A DNA stretch of 60,913 bases, filler included, from an uncultured bacterium (GCA_964471275.1; 5 parts of 5 records of this genome joined end to end with filler, not necessarily neighbours in it); one strand, 5' to 3'. Numbered from the whole stretch's first letter, positions 28,959-38,834 are shown. The notes: generated from the letters alone by a model not told the origin. Translations and numbers: made by a program.

Positions 28959-31416
28959 TCACTGACCCCTCGTACCGCGCCGGAATCCCACTTCCCCGTA
29001 TCCCTGCATTCCGTCTTGGATCTCCGCGCCGCGCTCACCCAACCGGATCGTGTCTTCCTCGCCCGTAATCAGGTGGAGCTTTATCTCGACCCCGCCGACG
29101 TCTGCCGATCGCTCCACGGAGTCGACAGCTGGTGTGTCATCGTAAACGTCGATCACACCCACAAACGTTGTAGACAGCTCGCCTTCTGTCGTGCGGTTTC
29201 GCACCATCAGAGTGGGTATCCAGAGATCCTCATACGACCAGCTGCCCTTCGATACCCAGCTCTCGGCTGTTCCTACGGACAATCCCTCAGACAGACCGGT
29301 ATACCGGACTGAAACTGGCGCAGACGTGTGCCGCCACGCTACTGACCACCCTGCGGGAACACATTCCTGAACGCGATGATTGCGTATCTGTGTTCCGTGA
29401 CCCAAGGGCTCGTCTTCCGACAAGGTGAGACCGTGTGTGGTCAATGCGCTTTCCGGTCCCCGCAGAAAGAATGTGTGGTCGTGGCCACCATCCACCTCAA
29501 AGATGTCGATGATGTAGAAGTGTTCGGCATCCACGGTTACCATCAGACAGGTGCGTTCGTAGCGCGGCACCGTATACATGGCTGGGGCGATGACCTTGAC
29601 GGCCTGAACGGTCTCGCCGATCGTCCAGACCCGGGTTTCTCCCTCGGTGTCCAGGGCCTGATTCTGGTTGTCTATCGTTACACTGTTGTGGGCTGCCGTA
29701 CTCTTGTACCAATCCACGTGTGGGCCGCTCCACCCGCCACGGTGGACGGGCAGATACCCGAAATCCGGGAGGAGATCGAGCCCGTGAGCGAAGAGACCGA
29801 TGTTCAGACCGTTCAGGTGCCCGTGCCGGCGTCCCGTGTCGTAGGACATCCAGAAGGCGCGTCTGTGATCACCCGATCCAGAGCGTAGAATTGCCAGATG
29901 CCAGGCTTCGAAGTTGACACTGCCGGGCGTGATCTGATCTCGGTGGGTATCGATTGCCCGCCGAAGAGCGGCCTGAAAGGAACCAGGGTTCGATTCTGTC
30001 ATCTCGTAGGGCAGACCGTCGAATGAACGTTCGTTGGCCAGATAGAGAATCCGGGCGTAGTCGGCATCTCCGGTCAACTCATACAATTTCCAGGCGAGTG
30101 AGAATGCGGAAGCCTGCAACGAGACCTCACGCACAAACGGGAGACCGCGATACTCGGGAGCTTCGGTCGCAAAGTTGCCACTGTCTCCAATGCTCGGATA
30201 GAAGCGTTCGAGACACCAGGTGTCGATGTGGAAACGATAGGTTCGGGCGAGACCGGGGTGCCGTGCAATCTGCTCGGCGAGATAGCCGGGAGACATTCTC
30301 TCGAGTGCGGCCAGGAAATTTGCGAGATAGTGGAGTACGATGGCGCTGTAGTTCTCCAGACCCTTTTCACCGGTGACGTCGTCGACTGCGACGGCCTCCG
30401 AGAGCATGGCATCGACCATTTGCTGTATGGGCCCGGTCTGGAGCGTACGCTGAAGAACGGCNNNNNNNNNNGAGTGCGATCTCCTGCCCAGGGAAGTTCG
30501 ACTTGATCTTGTGGACGTTCTGCTGCGTGTCACGGAAGATACGGTCCTCTATATGAGTGGCGATATCCTCGGCCGTATCTTTCACGAAGGGCAACTGATA
30601 CTTACTCGCCTGGTTCTGTACGAAGGTGACGAATTCGGAGTCTTCGAGCAGCGCAGGGCGAACCTGGTCATACGCATTTGCCATCTGGGTAACCTCTCGA
30701 CAGGCGTCGTGCCAGTTCGTGACGTAACCGAGGTCCGGCTTTCGCTCATACAGCCAGCCCTGTTCCGCGAAGTCGAACTCCGGATACAGATCGGCCACAC
30801 GGTCGAGAAGGATGCCCGCTTTCCGTGCGTAGACGATATCGCCCGTGACCGTGTATGCGTCTGCCAGACGCACGATCCCTGCGTGTACAGACTGCTTCCA
30901 CTGCCCGTAGATCAGATACGTGGCAATGAACATCCAGGTGTTCTCCCCGTTTGTGTAGCCGTTCCCGTCATCGACACCGAACCCGGCAGGTCTCGCATCC
31001 TCCTCCCCGTGTTCGTCTCCCGATTTGCTCAACAAAGAGCGATCCGCCTGATCCGGATCAAAAACACCCCGCGCATTCAACCCCGATTCGTAGTAGACCC
31101 GGAAGTCGTTTTTGGGAAAATGCTCAGCACAGTGCGGACACGTCACCTTCCACGGATGAGCGCAGGGATCGATCTCCCAGCCATACATGGAGACATCGCC
31201 CCGGCAGGCTGGACAGTGTCCGCTGGACCATACCATCCAGGATCGCTTGAGTGCGGGGCCGAACATCGAATCCCAGAGGAGTTCATCAGGGCAATCCTGC
31301 CAGGAGCGAGCTGCTGTCGTGATCCGATCACGGGCTTGGCGTGCCCACAGCTCGTTGTCTGCGTTGTGCCGTAGCGTGCGGACCAGACGATCGGGATAGA
31401 ACACGCTTTCAATCAT
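28959..31416 (-). CDS. Heparinase II/III-like polysaccharide lyase domain protein; apparent split is at the 10-N gap 30462-30471
   Basis: C-terminal AILRSG, HGHLNGLNI.L..HG..LLPDFGY and AAHNSVTID motifs. The N-terminal ORF has CxxC pairs and a helical region. The frame changes only at the gap. Confidence 0.75.
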
Positions 31417-31573
31417 GGATCATCTCTTTCTGTTCAGTCCTGCGTAGCTCAAGGATGATGAGAAGCATCGGGCTGTGACAAGGACGTCGCACTGGGACGA
31501 ATTCACGTTGGAATCGTGCCAGTAGGATAAACGCTAAGCGCTGAATAAACAGCATTTTAAAGTCGGGTGGTCT

Positions 31574-31590
31574 TGGCATATCGATTGCCA
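31574..31590. promoter_or_regulatory. Sigma54 (-24/-12) promoter-like site upstream of hypF, near-palindromic
   Basis: TGGCATATCGATTGCCA matches TGGCAYR-N4-TTGC on the plus strand. GG-N10-GC spacing also holds on the minus strand. Confidence 0.55.
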
Positions 31591-31604
31591 TAGTAACGTG
31601 CGTC

Positions 31605-33959
31605 ATGTTATCGAAACCCAACCACATCCGCAACGCTCTCAAGAGCGAAAGATGGCGCTTCACGATCCAGGGCGTTGTACAGGGCGTCGGGTTCCGACCG
31701 TTTCTCCACGGTCTCGCCACTGACCTTGGCCTCGGCGGGTGGGCACGGAATACCTCTGATGGCGTCGAGATGGTGCTCTCCGGGCCCTCCGAACGACTGG
31801 AGCGATTCGAGGATGCGCTGGCCACCGAAGCCCCTCCCCTGGCCCGTGTGCTGGATGTCTCGATCCGTCGCGAGACCGGTGCTGTGAAGCCTGTGACCGG
31901 CTTCAGAATCCTGCCCAGTCGTTCCGCCGCGGGTCGCACCTTTGTGTCTCCAGACGTAGCGACGTGTAGCGCTTGTCTGGACGAGACGCTGGACCCCGTG
32001 GAACGGCGATTCGCATACCCCTTCACCAATTGCACACATTGCGGCCCCCGGTTTACGATCATCACCGATCTGCCATACGACCGCCACAACACCTCCATGC
32101 AGGGATTCCCGTTGTGTTCGGCGTGTCGAAGTGAATACGGTCGGCTGGAGGATAGACGCTTCCACGCACAGCCGATCGCCTGTCCCAAATCCGGGCCTCT
32201 CGCTTCGCTTGTGACTTCCGAAGGGGAGACGATGGGCGTCCCGCCAACGGACGTGCTGCCTTTCGCGGCTCGGATGCTTCTGGATGGCCACATTCTCGGG
32301 GTAAAAGGGCTGGGCGGATTCCACATTGCGTGCCTGGCTTCGAGTCACCACGCTGTCGAGCGTCTTCGACGGATGAAGTTCCGACCCAGCAAGCCGTTTG
32401 CCCTGATGGTTCCTTCTGCCGAGGCGGCGGAGGCGATCGCCACGCTGTCGACCGCGGAAGCTTTGACGCTCGATTCACCTGAAGCGCCCATCGTCCTCCT
32501 GCAGAAGAGGCCGGGTGCCCTGCCGGACGCGATCGCACCGCAGAATGACTGCGTGGGCGTCATGTTGCCCTACACCCCACTGCACCACCTTCTGATGCGC
32601 GACGTCAACGCGCCGATGGTCTTTACCAGCGGAAACCCTCAGGGAGAACCGCTCTGCATTGATCCAGGGGAAGCACTGGAGAGACTGGGGAGGTTTGTGG
32701 ACGCATTCGTGATGCACGATCGGCCGATCGTCCGACCCTGTGACGACAGTGTCGTGCGGGTGCTCTCGGTGCCGCCGATAGGCGGCGACATTGTGCAGCC
32801 TGTCAGGCGCAGTCGTGGGTATTCTCCTCTTCCTGTCTTTCTGCCGAAGACCCGCGCGTTGAGTGAGGCGGCTCTGGCAACTGGCGGAGATCTCAAGAAT
32901 GTATCCGCCGTAGGAGAGGGCCGGTCTGTATTCCTTTCGCAGCATCTCGGTGATCTGGCAAACCTGCGTGTACGGGACCTTCAGGCGAGACCCGTGCAAG
33001 GTCTGGAAGACATGTTCGAAGTCCGGCCCACGGCCGTTCTTTGTGACCTGCATCCGGGCTATGCCAGCAGTCAGTTCGGTGAACGCTACGCGCTGGAGCG
33101 AGGTTTACCCGTGCACCGTGTGCAACACCATCACGCACACATCGCTGGTTGTCTTGCCGAACACGGATACCTCGGATCCGCGATCGGGCTCGCATACGAT
33201 GGCACGGGATACGGTACCGATGGTCAGATCTGGGGAGGGGAAATCCTGACGGTTTCGGGTGCGGAGTTCCAACGAGAGATGCACCTGGAATATCTCCCTC
33301 TGCCCGGAGGCGATGCTGGCACGCGGCATCCCCATCGGATTGCAATCGCTTATCTGGAGAAGCTGTTACCCGAGGGAGAATGGTCGGATCTGTTCGAGGG
33401 CGTTGACCGGCGGGAGGTAGAATTGGTCAGAGGTATGGTCCGTGAGGACGTCCAGATCGTACAGACAAGCAGTCTCGGGAGATTGTTCGATGCGGTCGCC
33501 GGGTTGCTTGCCCTGGTGGGCGAGGTTACGCACGAGGGGCAGGGAGCTATCGCGCTCGAGTCGCTTGCGAATCTCTGTGAAGACGAAGTACCCCCGTATC
33601 CCTTCGTGATCGAGGCGGGTGAGATTCGGTTGTCATCCACGCTCGAGGCGATTCTGGAGGCCGTTGTGTTCACTGACGCAGGCATCGGGGTTTCGGATGT
33701 GCAGCTGGCCCGGGTGGAACCCAGTATCCCGTCGCCGTCCGTCGGACACCACCTGACGCCCAATGCCCTCCTAACATACGCCGACAGGCTCTATGGCCAA
33801 CGCCCACAGGCCTGGCTCGTGACGCTCCCTGCGTTTGATCTGAGCTACGGTGACACGCTCACCCGTCAGGCCGAGACCGGCGTTTCCGATGCCGTTACAC
33901 AGGTAACTGCTCTCATCGAAAGTCTGGTTGCTCCACCGGTTGGCGCTTATGCGGTTTGA
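31605..33959 (+). CDS. hypF: HypF carbamoyltransferase lacking its C-terminus, fused in frame to a hydrogenase-maturation-protease-like tail (probable deletion product)
   Basis: GVVQGVGFRPF acylphosphatase domain, CSAC/CTHC/CSAC/CPKS Zn fingers, KGLGGFH, SQHLGD, DLHP.Y, QHHHAH, DGTGYG.DG.IWGGE and TSSLGRLFD. After about aa 685 the sequence switches to VVFTDA...HHLTPNALL...LYG..P.AWLVT. Confidence 0.85.
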   Translation: MLSKPNHIRNALKSERWRFTIQGVVQGVGFRPFLHGLATDLGLGGWARNTSDGVEMVLSGPSERLERFEDALATEAPPLARVLDVSIRRETGAVKPVTGFRILPSRSAAGRTFVSPDVATCSACLDETLDPVERRFAYPFTNCTHCGPRFTIITDLPYDRHNTSMQGFPLCSACRSEYGRLEDRRFHAQPIACPKSGPLASLVTSEGETMGVPPTDVLPFAARMLLDGHILGVKGLGGFHIACLASSHHAVERLRRMKFRPSKPFALMVPSAEAAEAIATLSTAEALTLDSPEAPIVLLQKRPGALPDAIAPQNDCVGVMLPYTPLHHLLMRDVNAPMVFTSGNPQGEPLCIDPGEALERLGRFVDAFVMHDRPIVRPCDDSVVRVLSVPPIGGDIVQPVRRSRGYSPLPVFLPKTRALSEAALATGGDLKNVSAVGEGRSVFLSQHLGDLANLRVRDLQARPVQGLEDMFEVRPTAVLCDLHPGYASSQFGERYALERGLPVHRVQHHHAHIAGCLAEHGYLGSAIGLAYDGTGYGTDGQIWGGEILTVSGAEFQREMHLEYLPLPGGDAGTRHPHRIAIAYLEKLLPEGEWSDLFEGVDRREVELVRGMVREDVQIVQTSSLGRLFDAVAGLLALVGEVTHEGQGAIALESLANLCEDEVPPYPFVIEAGEIRLSSTLEAILEAVVFTDAGIGVSDVQLARVEPSIPSPSVGHHLTPNALLTYADRLYGQRPQAWLVTLPAFDLSYGDTLTRQAETGVSDAVTQVTALIESLVAPPVGAYAV

Positions 33960-34295
33960 TCTCAGTAGAGGACGTGCTGCCGCCGAACTGGGGGGCGTGT
34001 CTGGGAGAGGCGATGCGTGTACTCAATGAGGAATTCGTGCCGCCCGAGAGCTGGGGTGGACAGTTTGCGGCCGTAAACGGGAGATAGGACACGCCAAAGC
34101 TGCGTGCGGTTCTCTGGTGCTGACTGGGACACCGTTGTCCCGGTTCAATCCGACTCGTGTGGCGATAGATCTTGGAACAGTGGGTGTAAAATGCTGTAAA
34201 TAGGTAGTTTGCGTTTCGGCTTTTTCGATTTGACCGAATGGCACAGAGTTTGTTTAATTCAACGCTGATCACTGTACACTATCTGGAGGGCCAAG

Positions 34296-35516
34296 ATGAT
34301 CGCGTTATCAAAATTACTCTGTGACGCTTCCTTTGCGCACGACCCGCTTCGCTACGGCAAGAAGGCCGCCAACGGCGTGAAGGGGGCACACACCCAAGCC
34401 AGATCGGCTGCTGAAAGGCGCCCGGTCGTGGTTTGGAATATGACTCGCACCTGCAATCTGAAGTGCATTCACTGCTATTCGGATTCAGAGGCGCGGCAGT
34501 ATCCCGGCGAGCTGTCCGTGGATCAAGCCCGGAGTATGCTCGAAGATCTCGCCGGCTTCGGTATCCCCGCCCTCCTGATGTCAGGGGGAGAGCCGCTCGC
34601 CCATCCGAATTTCTGGGACCACCTGGCCTATGCTCGTGAACTCGGACTGCGGACCGTCCTGTCGACAAACGCAACTCTGATCACGCGTGAGACAGCCGAC
34701 CGTCTGAAAGAGGCGGGTGTTACCTATGTCGGGGCGAGTCTTGATGGCATCGGTGCGGTCAATAACGTTTTCAGGGGAAAGCCCTGGGCATACGAACGGG
34801 CGGTTAAGGGGATCCGGTACTGTAAGGCCGCCGGGCTCTCGATCAGTCTCCGGATGACGATGACCAGGCACAACATGGAGGATCTGGACGGCATCTTCGA
34901 GTTCGTCCGCGAGGAGGACATCGAACGTGTCTGCTTCTACCATCTCGCCTATTCCGGTCGCGGGAAGGGATTGCAAGACGATGATCTGGACGAGGTGGAT
35001 GCCCGATGGGCGATCGAGAAAATCGCGACGAAAACTCAGGGTCTGTTCGATGGCGGTCAGAAGGTCGACGTACTGACCGTCGCGAACCATTGCGATGGTC
35101 CGTATCTGTATCTGAGGCTCAAGGAGGAGGATCCCGAGCGTGCGGAGCAGGTGCGTGAACTGCTCGAGTGGAATGGTGGCGGCACATACAGCTCAGGTGT
35201 CGGAATGGCTGATATCGACTTTACGGGCAACGTGCACGCTGATCAGTTCTGGATGGACTACAGCTTCGGGAATGTGAAGGACAGACCGTTCAGCGAGATC
35301 TGGATGGATGAGTCCGATGACCTGATGGCCGGTCTGAAGAATCGGATTCCGCGCCTCCACGGTCGCTGCAAGAACTGTAATTTCCTCAAGATGTGCGGCG
35401 GCAGCCAACGTGTTCGTGCGTGGGCAGCCTATGGAGACCCGTGGGCAGACGATCCTGCCTGCTACATGACCGACGAAGAGATCGGGCTTGTGGAAGCGGC
35501 AACGGCTGAAGCGTAG
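34296..35516 (+). CDS. ahbC: Radical SAM/SPASM protein AhbC/NirJ1 (siroheme-dependent heme synthesis)
   Basis: MIALSKL...DPLRYG N-terminus, PVVVWNMTRTCNLKCIHCY, SGGEP, CFYHL.YSGRG, HADQFW and GRC..C.....CGG..RVRA....GD.WA.DPACY. Confidence 0.8.
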   Translation: MIALSKLLCDASFAHDPLRYGKKAANGVKGAHTQARSAAERRPVVVWNMTRTCNLKCIHCYSDSEARQYPGELSVDQARSMLEDLAGFGIPALLMSGGEPLAHPNFWDHLAYARELGLRTVLSTNATLITRETADRLKEAGVTYVGASLDGIGAVNNVFRGKPWAYERAVKGIRYCKAAGLSISLRMTMTRHNMEDLDGIFEFVREEDIERVCFYHLAYSGRGKGLQDDDLDEVDARWAIEKIATKTQGLFDGGQKVDVLTVANHCDGPYLYLRLKEEDPERAEQVRELLEWNGGGTYSSGVGMADIDFTGNVHADQFWMDYSFGNVKDRPFSEIWMDESDDLMAGLKNRIPRLHGRCKNCNFLKMCGGSQRVRAWAAYGDPWADDPACYMTDEEIGLVEAATAEA

Positions 35517-35565
35517 CGTATCACAGAGTAACGGTAAAACTAGGCCGGGCTACGACTGGAGGATA

Positions 35566-35947
35566 TTGGTGGGATCGTCGAAGGTAGCGATCGTCGCGAT
35601 CATTGCAGGATTGGTTGACGGGCTGTGTGTGTGTGGGCGAGCTATCAGTCGAGTTGTTTGACAGTGAGGGCGTCGGCCGTACCCGGCTGTCAGTTCTGCA
35701 AGCTGGTCGCCCTGCGATCCGTCTGATCGATGGGGACAAGCAGGTGCGCGGCGAGTTTTCTCTAGGCGCGGAAGGAGAGCCAGGGATAGGGCTGTCAGAT
35801 CGTGACGGCAAGGGTGGCATGTGGGTTTACGTCGCACTCAATGGCTCTCGTGGTGTGGGTCTACTCGACCACAACGGCGAGGTGCGGGCGGAGATGTCAC
35901 TACAGTCCGGGGGTCGCGCGATACTCGCACCTTTTGATAAAGACTGA
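35566..35947 (+). pseudogene. Hypothetical beta-repeat protein, apparently frameshifted at a (TG)6 tract
   Basis: GGAGG RBS with TTG 35566 gives a hydrophobic leader MVGSSKVAIVAIIAGL. The body with L.D..G..R repeats is in the next frame (ORF 35603-35947). Confidence 0.45.
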
Positions 35948-35966
35948 CAGGGAAAGTGAGGACGTG

Positions 35967-36584
35967 GTGGACGTGAAGAAAGTCGACCGTTATAAAACGA
36001 TATTGATGTTTGGGGCACCCGGATCCGGGAAAGGCACCCAGGGGAAGATCCTGGGTGATCTGCCGGGATTCTTCCATCTCTCCTGTGGAGATGTTTTTCG
36101 CAGTTTGAACCATAAGAGCGAACTGGGGCAGGTTTTCCTCAAGTATTCGAGTGAGGGGAAACTGGTACCCGATGAGTTCACGATACGTCTGTGGCTCGAG
36201 CATATTCACTCGCTCGTTGAGACTGGAGTGTTTCATCCCAACGAGGAAATTCTGGTGCTCGACGGGATACCGCGGAATGTCCATCAGTCCCAGATGATGG
36301 AGGCGTATATTGAGGTCATCCTGCTCGTCTGTCTAGATACGGACGAACAGGATAAGCTGATCGATCGCATGCGAAGACGGGCTCTCCACGAAAACAGGCT
36401 CGATGATGCGAACGAGACGGTCATCCGCGCTCGATTCGAAGAATATGCACGAGAAACAGAAGATGTGTTGCAGTTCTACCCACCCGATCGGATCAGGAAA
36501 ATCGACGCGAGTCGAAGCCCGATCGAAGTACTTTCGGATGTCATCGGCATCGTGCGTTTCGCTTCAGCGATTGCGGTAGCCTGA
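35967..36584 (+). CDS. adk: Adenylate kinase family (short-LID type)
   Basis: ILMFGAPGSGKGTQG P-loop, HLSCGDVFR, GKLVPDE, LDGIPRN and R.DD.N...I..R motifs. Confidence 0.85.
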   Translation: MDVKKVDRYKTILMFGAPGSGKGTQGKILGDLPGFFHLSCGDVFRSLNHKSELGQVFLKYSSEGKLVPDEFTIRLWLEHIHSLVETGVFHPNEEILVLDGIPRNVHQSQMMEAYIEVILLVCLDTDEQDKLIDRMRRRALHENRLDDANETVIRARFEEYARETEDVLQFYPPDRIRKIDASRSPIEVLSDVIGIVRFASAIAVA

Positions 36585-36608
36585 CAGCAAGAGAGAGGCT
36601 TGTTCAGG

Positions 36609-36640
36609 GGCGTGTGGCGAGAAGCCACCCGCCTTTTCTA
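36609..36640 (+). terminator. Putative terminator after adk
   Basis: GGCGTGTGGC-GAGAA-GCCACCCGCC followed by TTTTCT. Confidence 0.5.
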
Positions 36641-36796
36641 TTTAGAGCAGTGAGGTAGTAAGGTAGTGACAAGAGATCCTTCAAACCCATCAGTAAAGGA
36701 AGGGGGCCACGGGGGAGCAATCTGTTGTGATTCTCCGTTGATGTCCGCCGAATCGCTAAGGGCAGGGGAGAACTATGGTCTTGCGTAGGGGGGCAC

Positions 36797-36929
36797 GTGG
36801 CTGACAGAACGGTTACGGCTGACACGGTCCTCGACGTTCTGTCAGCCTGGTCTGTCGACTCTGTAATCGACATTTCACTCGATCCAATCGGTACGATCAA
36901 TCAGACTTGGATCGTGACAGCTGATTCAG
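36797..36929 (+). CDS. Phosphotransferase (APH/homoserine-kinase-like) N-terminus, 3' partial
   Basis: GGGGG RBS with GTG start and a G.IN.TW.V motif. Truncated by the scaffold end. Confidence 0.45.
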
Positions 36930-37029
36930 NNNNNNNNNNNNNNNNNNNNNNNNNNNNNNNNNNNNNNNNNNNNTTAATTAATTAANNNNNNNNNNNNNNN
37001 NNNNNNNNNNNNNNNNNNNNNNNNNNNNN
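36930..37029. other. Artificial scaffold linker
   Basis: 44 N + TTAATTAATTAA + 44 N. Confidence 0.97.
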
Positions 37030-37065
37030 GGCTGAAATGGCGGAACCAAGGAACCACTTAATTCT

Positions 37066-37132
37066 TGACCTGCCCCCATCTATGTGTCCACATCCAGAGT
37101 TAGGATGTGGACACATAGATGGGGGCAGGTCA
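37066..37132. mobile_element. 67-bp micro-element made of two perfect 30-bp IS3-type inverted repeats
   Basis: TGACCTGCCCCCATCTATGTGTCCACATCC-AGAGTTA-GGATGTGGACACATAGATGGGGGCAGGTCA, with TG...CA ends. Confidence 0.65.
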
Positions 37133-37218
37133 CTCAACGTAGGTGTCTCACTGACGGCAGGTGAATGTCTCGAACAGGAAGTAAGCGTCCAAGAGGATAC
37201 CGGCCAATATGTGTCGAC

Positions 37219-37671
37219 CTACGGCCGGTTCATCCTGGTCAGGAATCGGTTCAGCCCGTCAGCAAAGGATTGGACATCCCGCGGCCCAAAGACATCCGGA
37301 CCGCCTGTCAGGAGGCCGACATCTCGCAAATCTGCCATCAGGTCGCGGGTGGCCAGTCGCTCTTTGATGTTGTCCGGTGTGTACAGCGTGCCTCGAGGAT
37401 CGAGCGCGTGGGCCCCCTTTCGGATCACGCGATCGGCCAGAGGAACGTCAGCCGTGATGACCAGATCTCCTTCATCGACGAATTCGACGATCCGGTCATC
37501 GGCTTGGTCGGGTCCTTCGGGCGCAACGACGCACGTCAACAACTCCGACTCGGGGAGCCTGATAAACCGGTTCGCGACGAAGGTAACGGGGATCGACAGA
37601 CGCGACGATGCACGGAGCAGGATGTCCCGCGTTGCTTGGGGAAAGGCGTCTGCATCGACGAAGATCGTCAT
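37219..37671 (-). CDS. YaiI/YqxD (DUF188) family protein
   Basis: IFVDADAFP, FVAN, DQADDRIV, GDLVITADVPLA, PRG.LYT.DNI.ERL..RD and TGGP motifs. Confidence 0.92.
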   Translation of the reverse strand: MTIFVDADAFPQATRDILLRASSRLSIPVTFVANRFIRLPESELLTCVVAPEGPDQADDRIVEFVDEGDLVITADVPLADRVIRKGAHALDPRGTLYTPDNIKERLATRDLMADLRDVGLLTGGPDVFGPRDVQSFADGLNRFLTRMNRP

Positions 37672-37848
37672 TCTGTAATTCACTCAGGTGAAAGGTCAGG
37701 GGTCGGTCTGCGTTGTCTGAGGATCCAATCCCCTAATCTATGGGTCAAGGGCGCTTGACGAAACTGCGGGGCCTCGTTTGTCCCGGTTGAGGTAGTGTCT
37801 GATCCGCGTTAGATTCGAGGAAGACGCCATTCTGATTTCTAACCGGAG

Positions 37849-38832
37849 ATGTGCCCCTTGAATGAGAAACCTCTTGTCTGCGTTCTCGTTGTGATCGAGG
37901 ATGACCTGCTTGCCCAAATCGAAGCTCAATGCTCCGTTCGGACATTGGCCTACAACACGCCGCGCGCAGAGCTGCTCGCATCGCTCAGGGACGTCGAGGG
38001 AGTCCTGACGTCTCCCCGTGTCCCCGCCGATGAAGCCTTCTTCGAAGCCGCCCCCCGGTTGCGAGTCCTGTCGACCCACAGTGTGGGGTATGACCCGTTC
38101 CATATCCCCTCGGCGACACGTCACGGCGTCTGCGTCTGCCATACACCCGGTGTTCTGACATCGGCGGTCGCCAATCTGACAACGGCACTGGTGTTCAGCT
38201 TGACGCTTCGTCTATTCAACAACGAGCGGTTTGTGCGCAGTGGGGGATGGGCCCGAAGAGAATCGGCCCCGCCGCTGGGCCACGACGTTCAGGGAAAGAC
38301 CGTCGGGATCGTGGGTTTTGGCAGGATCGGACAGGAAGTGACTCGTCGGATGCAGGCACTGGGTGCGCGAACACTGTGGTACGACGTGTTCGACTCATCC
38401 CCTCAGGGCGCACCGGAGAGCGAGTATCGACCGCTTGATGATCTGCTGGGCGAGTCTGATTTCGTCAGTCTTCACACGAATCTGGATGATTCAACGCGGC
38501 ACATGATCGGCGCATCGGAGTTGTCGAAGATGAAGCGGTCCGCCTACCTCGTCAACACGGCTCGGGGAGGGCTGGTGGATCAGACGGCTCTGACCGAGGC
38601 TCTGCAGACTGGTGCAATAGCCGGGGCTGGACTGGATGTTCTGGAGGAGGAGCCCCCTTCAGTGGATGATCCGATCTACTCTCTACCCAACGTTGTGTGT
38701 CTACCCCACATCGGCACGGCGACCGAGGAGACGCGCCGACTTATGCGTGAGCTTTCGGTAGAGAATCTGCTGGCTGTGCTGGATGGAAGACGACCGCCGG
38801 CTCCGGTGAACCCGGAAGTGCTCGAGGTCTGA
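37849..38832 (+). CDS. D-2-hydroxyacid dehydrogenase (glyoxylate/hydroxypyruvate reductase-like)
   Basis: SVGYD, GKTVGIVGFGRIG, SDFVSLH, LVNTARGGLVD, GAGLDV.E.EP and PHIGTAT motifs. Confidence 0.92.
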   Translation: MCPLNEKPLVCVLVVIEDDLLAQIEAQCSVRTLAYNTPRAELLASLRDVEGVLTSPRVPADEAFFEAAPRLRVLSTHSVGYDPFHIPSATRHGVCVCHTPGVLTSAVANLTTALVFSLTLRLFNNERFVRSGGWARRESAPPLGHDVQGKTVGIVGFGRIGQEVTRRMQALGARTLWYDVFDSSPQGAPESEYRPLDDLLGESDFVSLHTNLDDSTRHMIGASELSKMKRSAYLVNTARGGLVDQTALTEALQTGAIAGAGLDVLEEEPPSVDDPIYSLPNVVCLPHIGTATEETRRLMRELSVENLLAVLDGRRPPAPVNPEVLEV

Positions 38833-38834
38833 TT

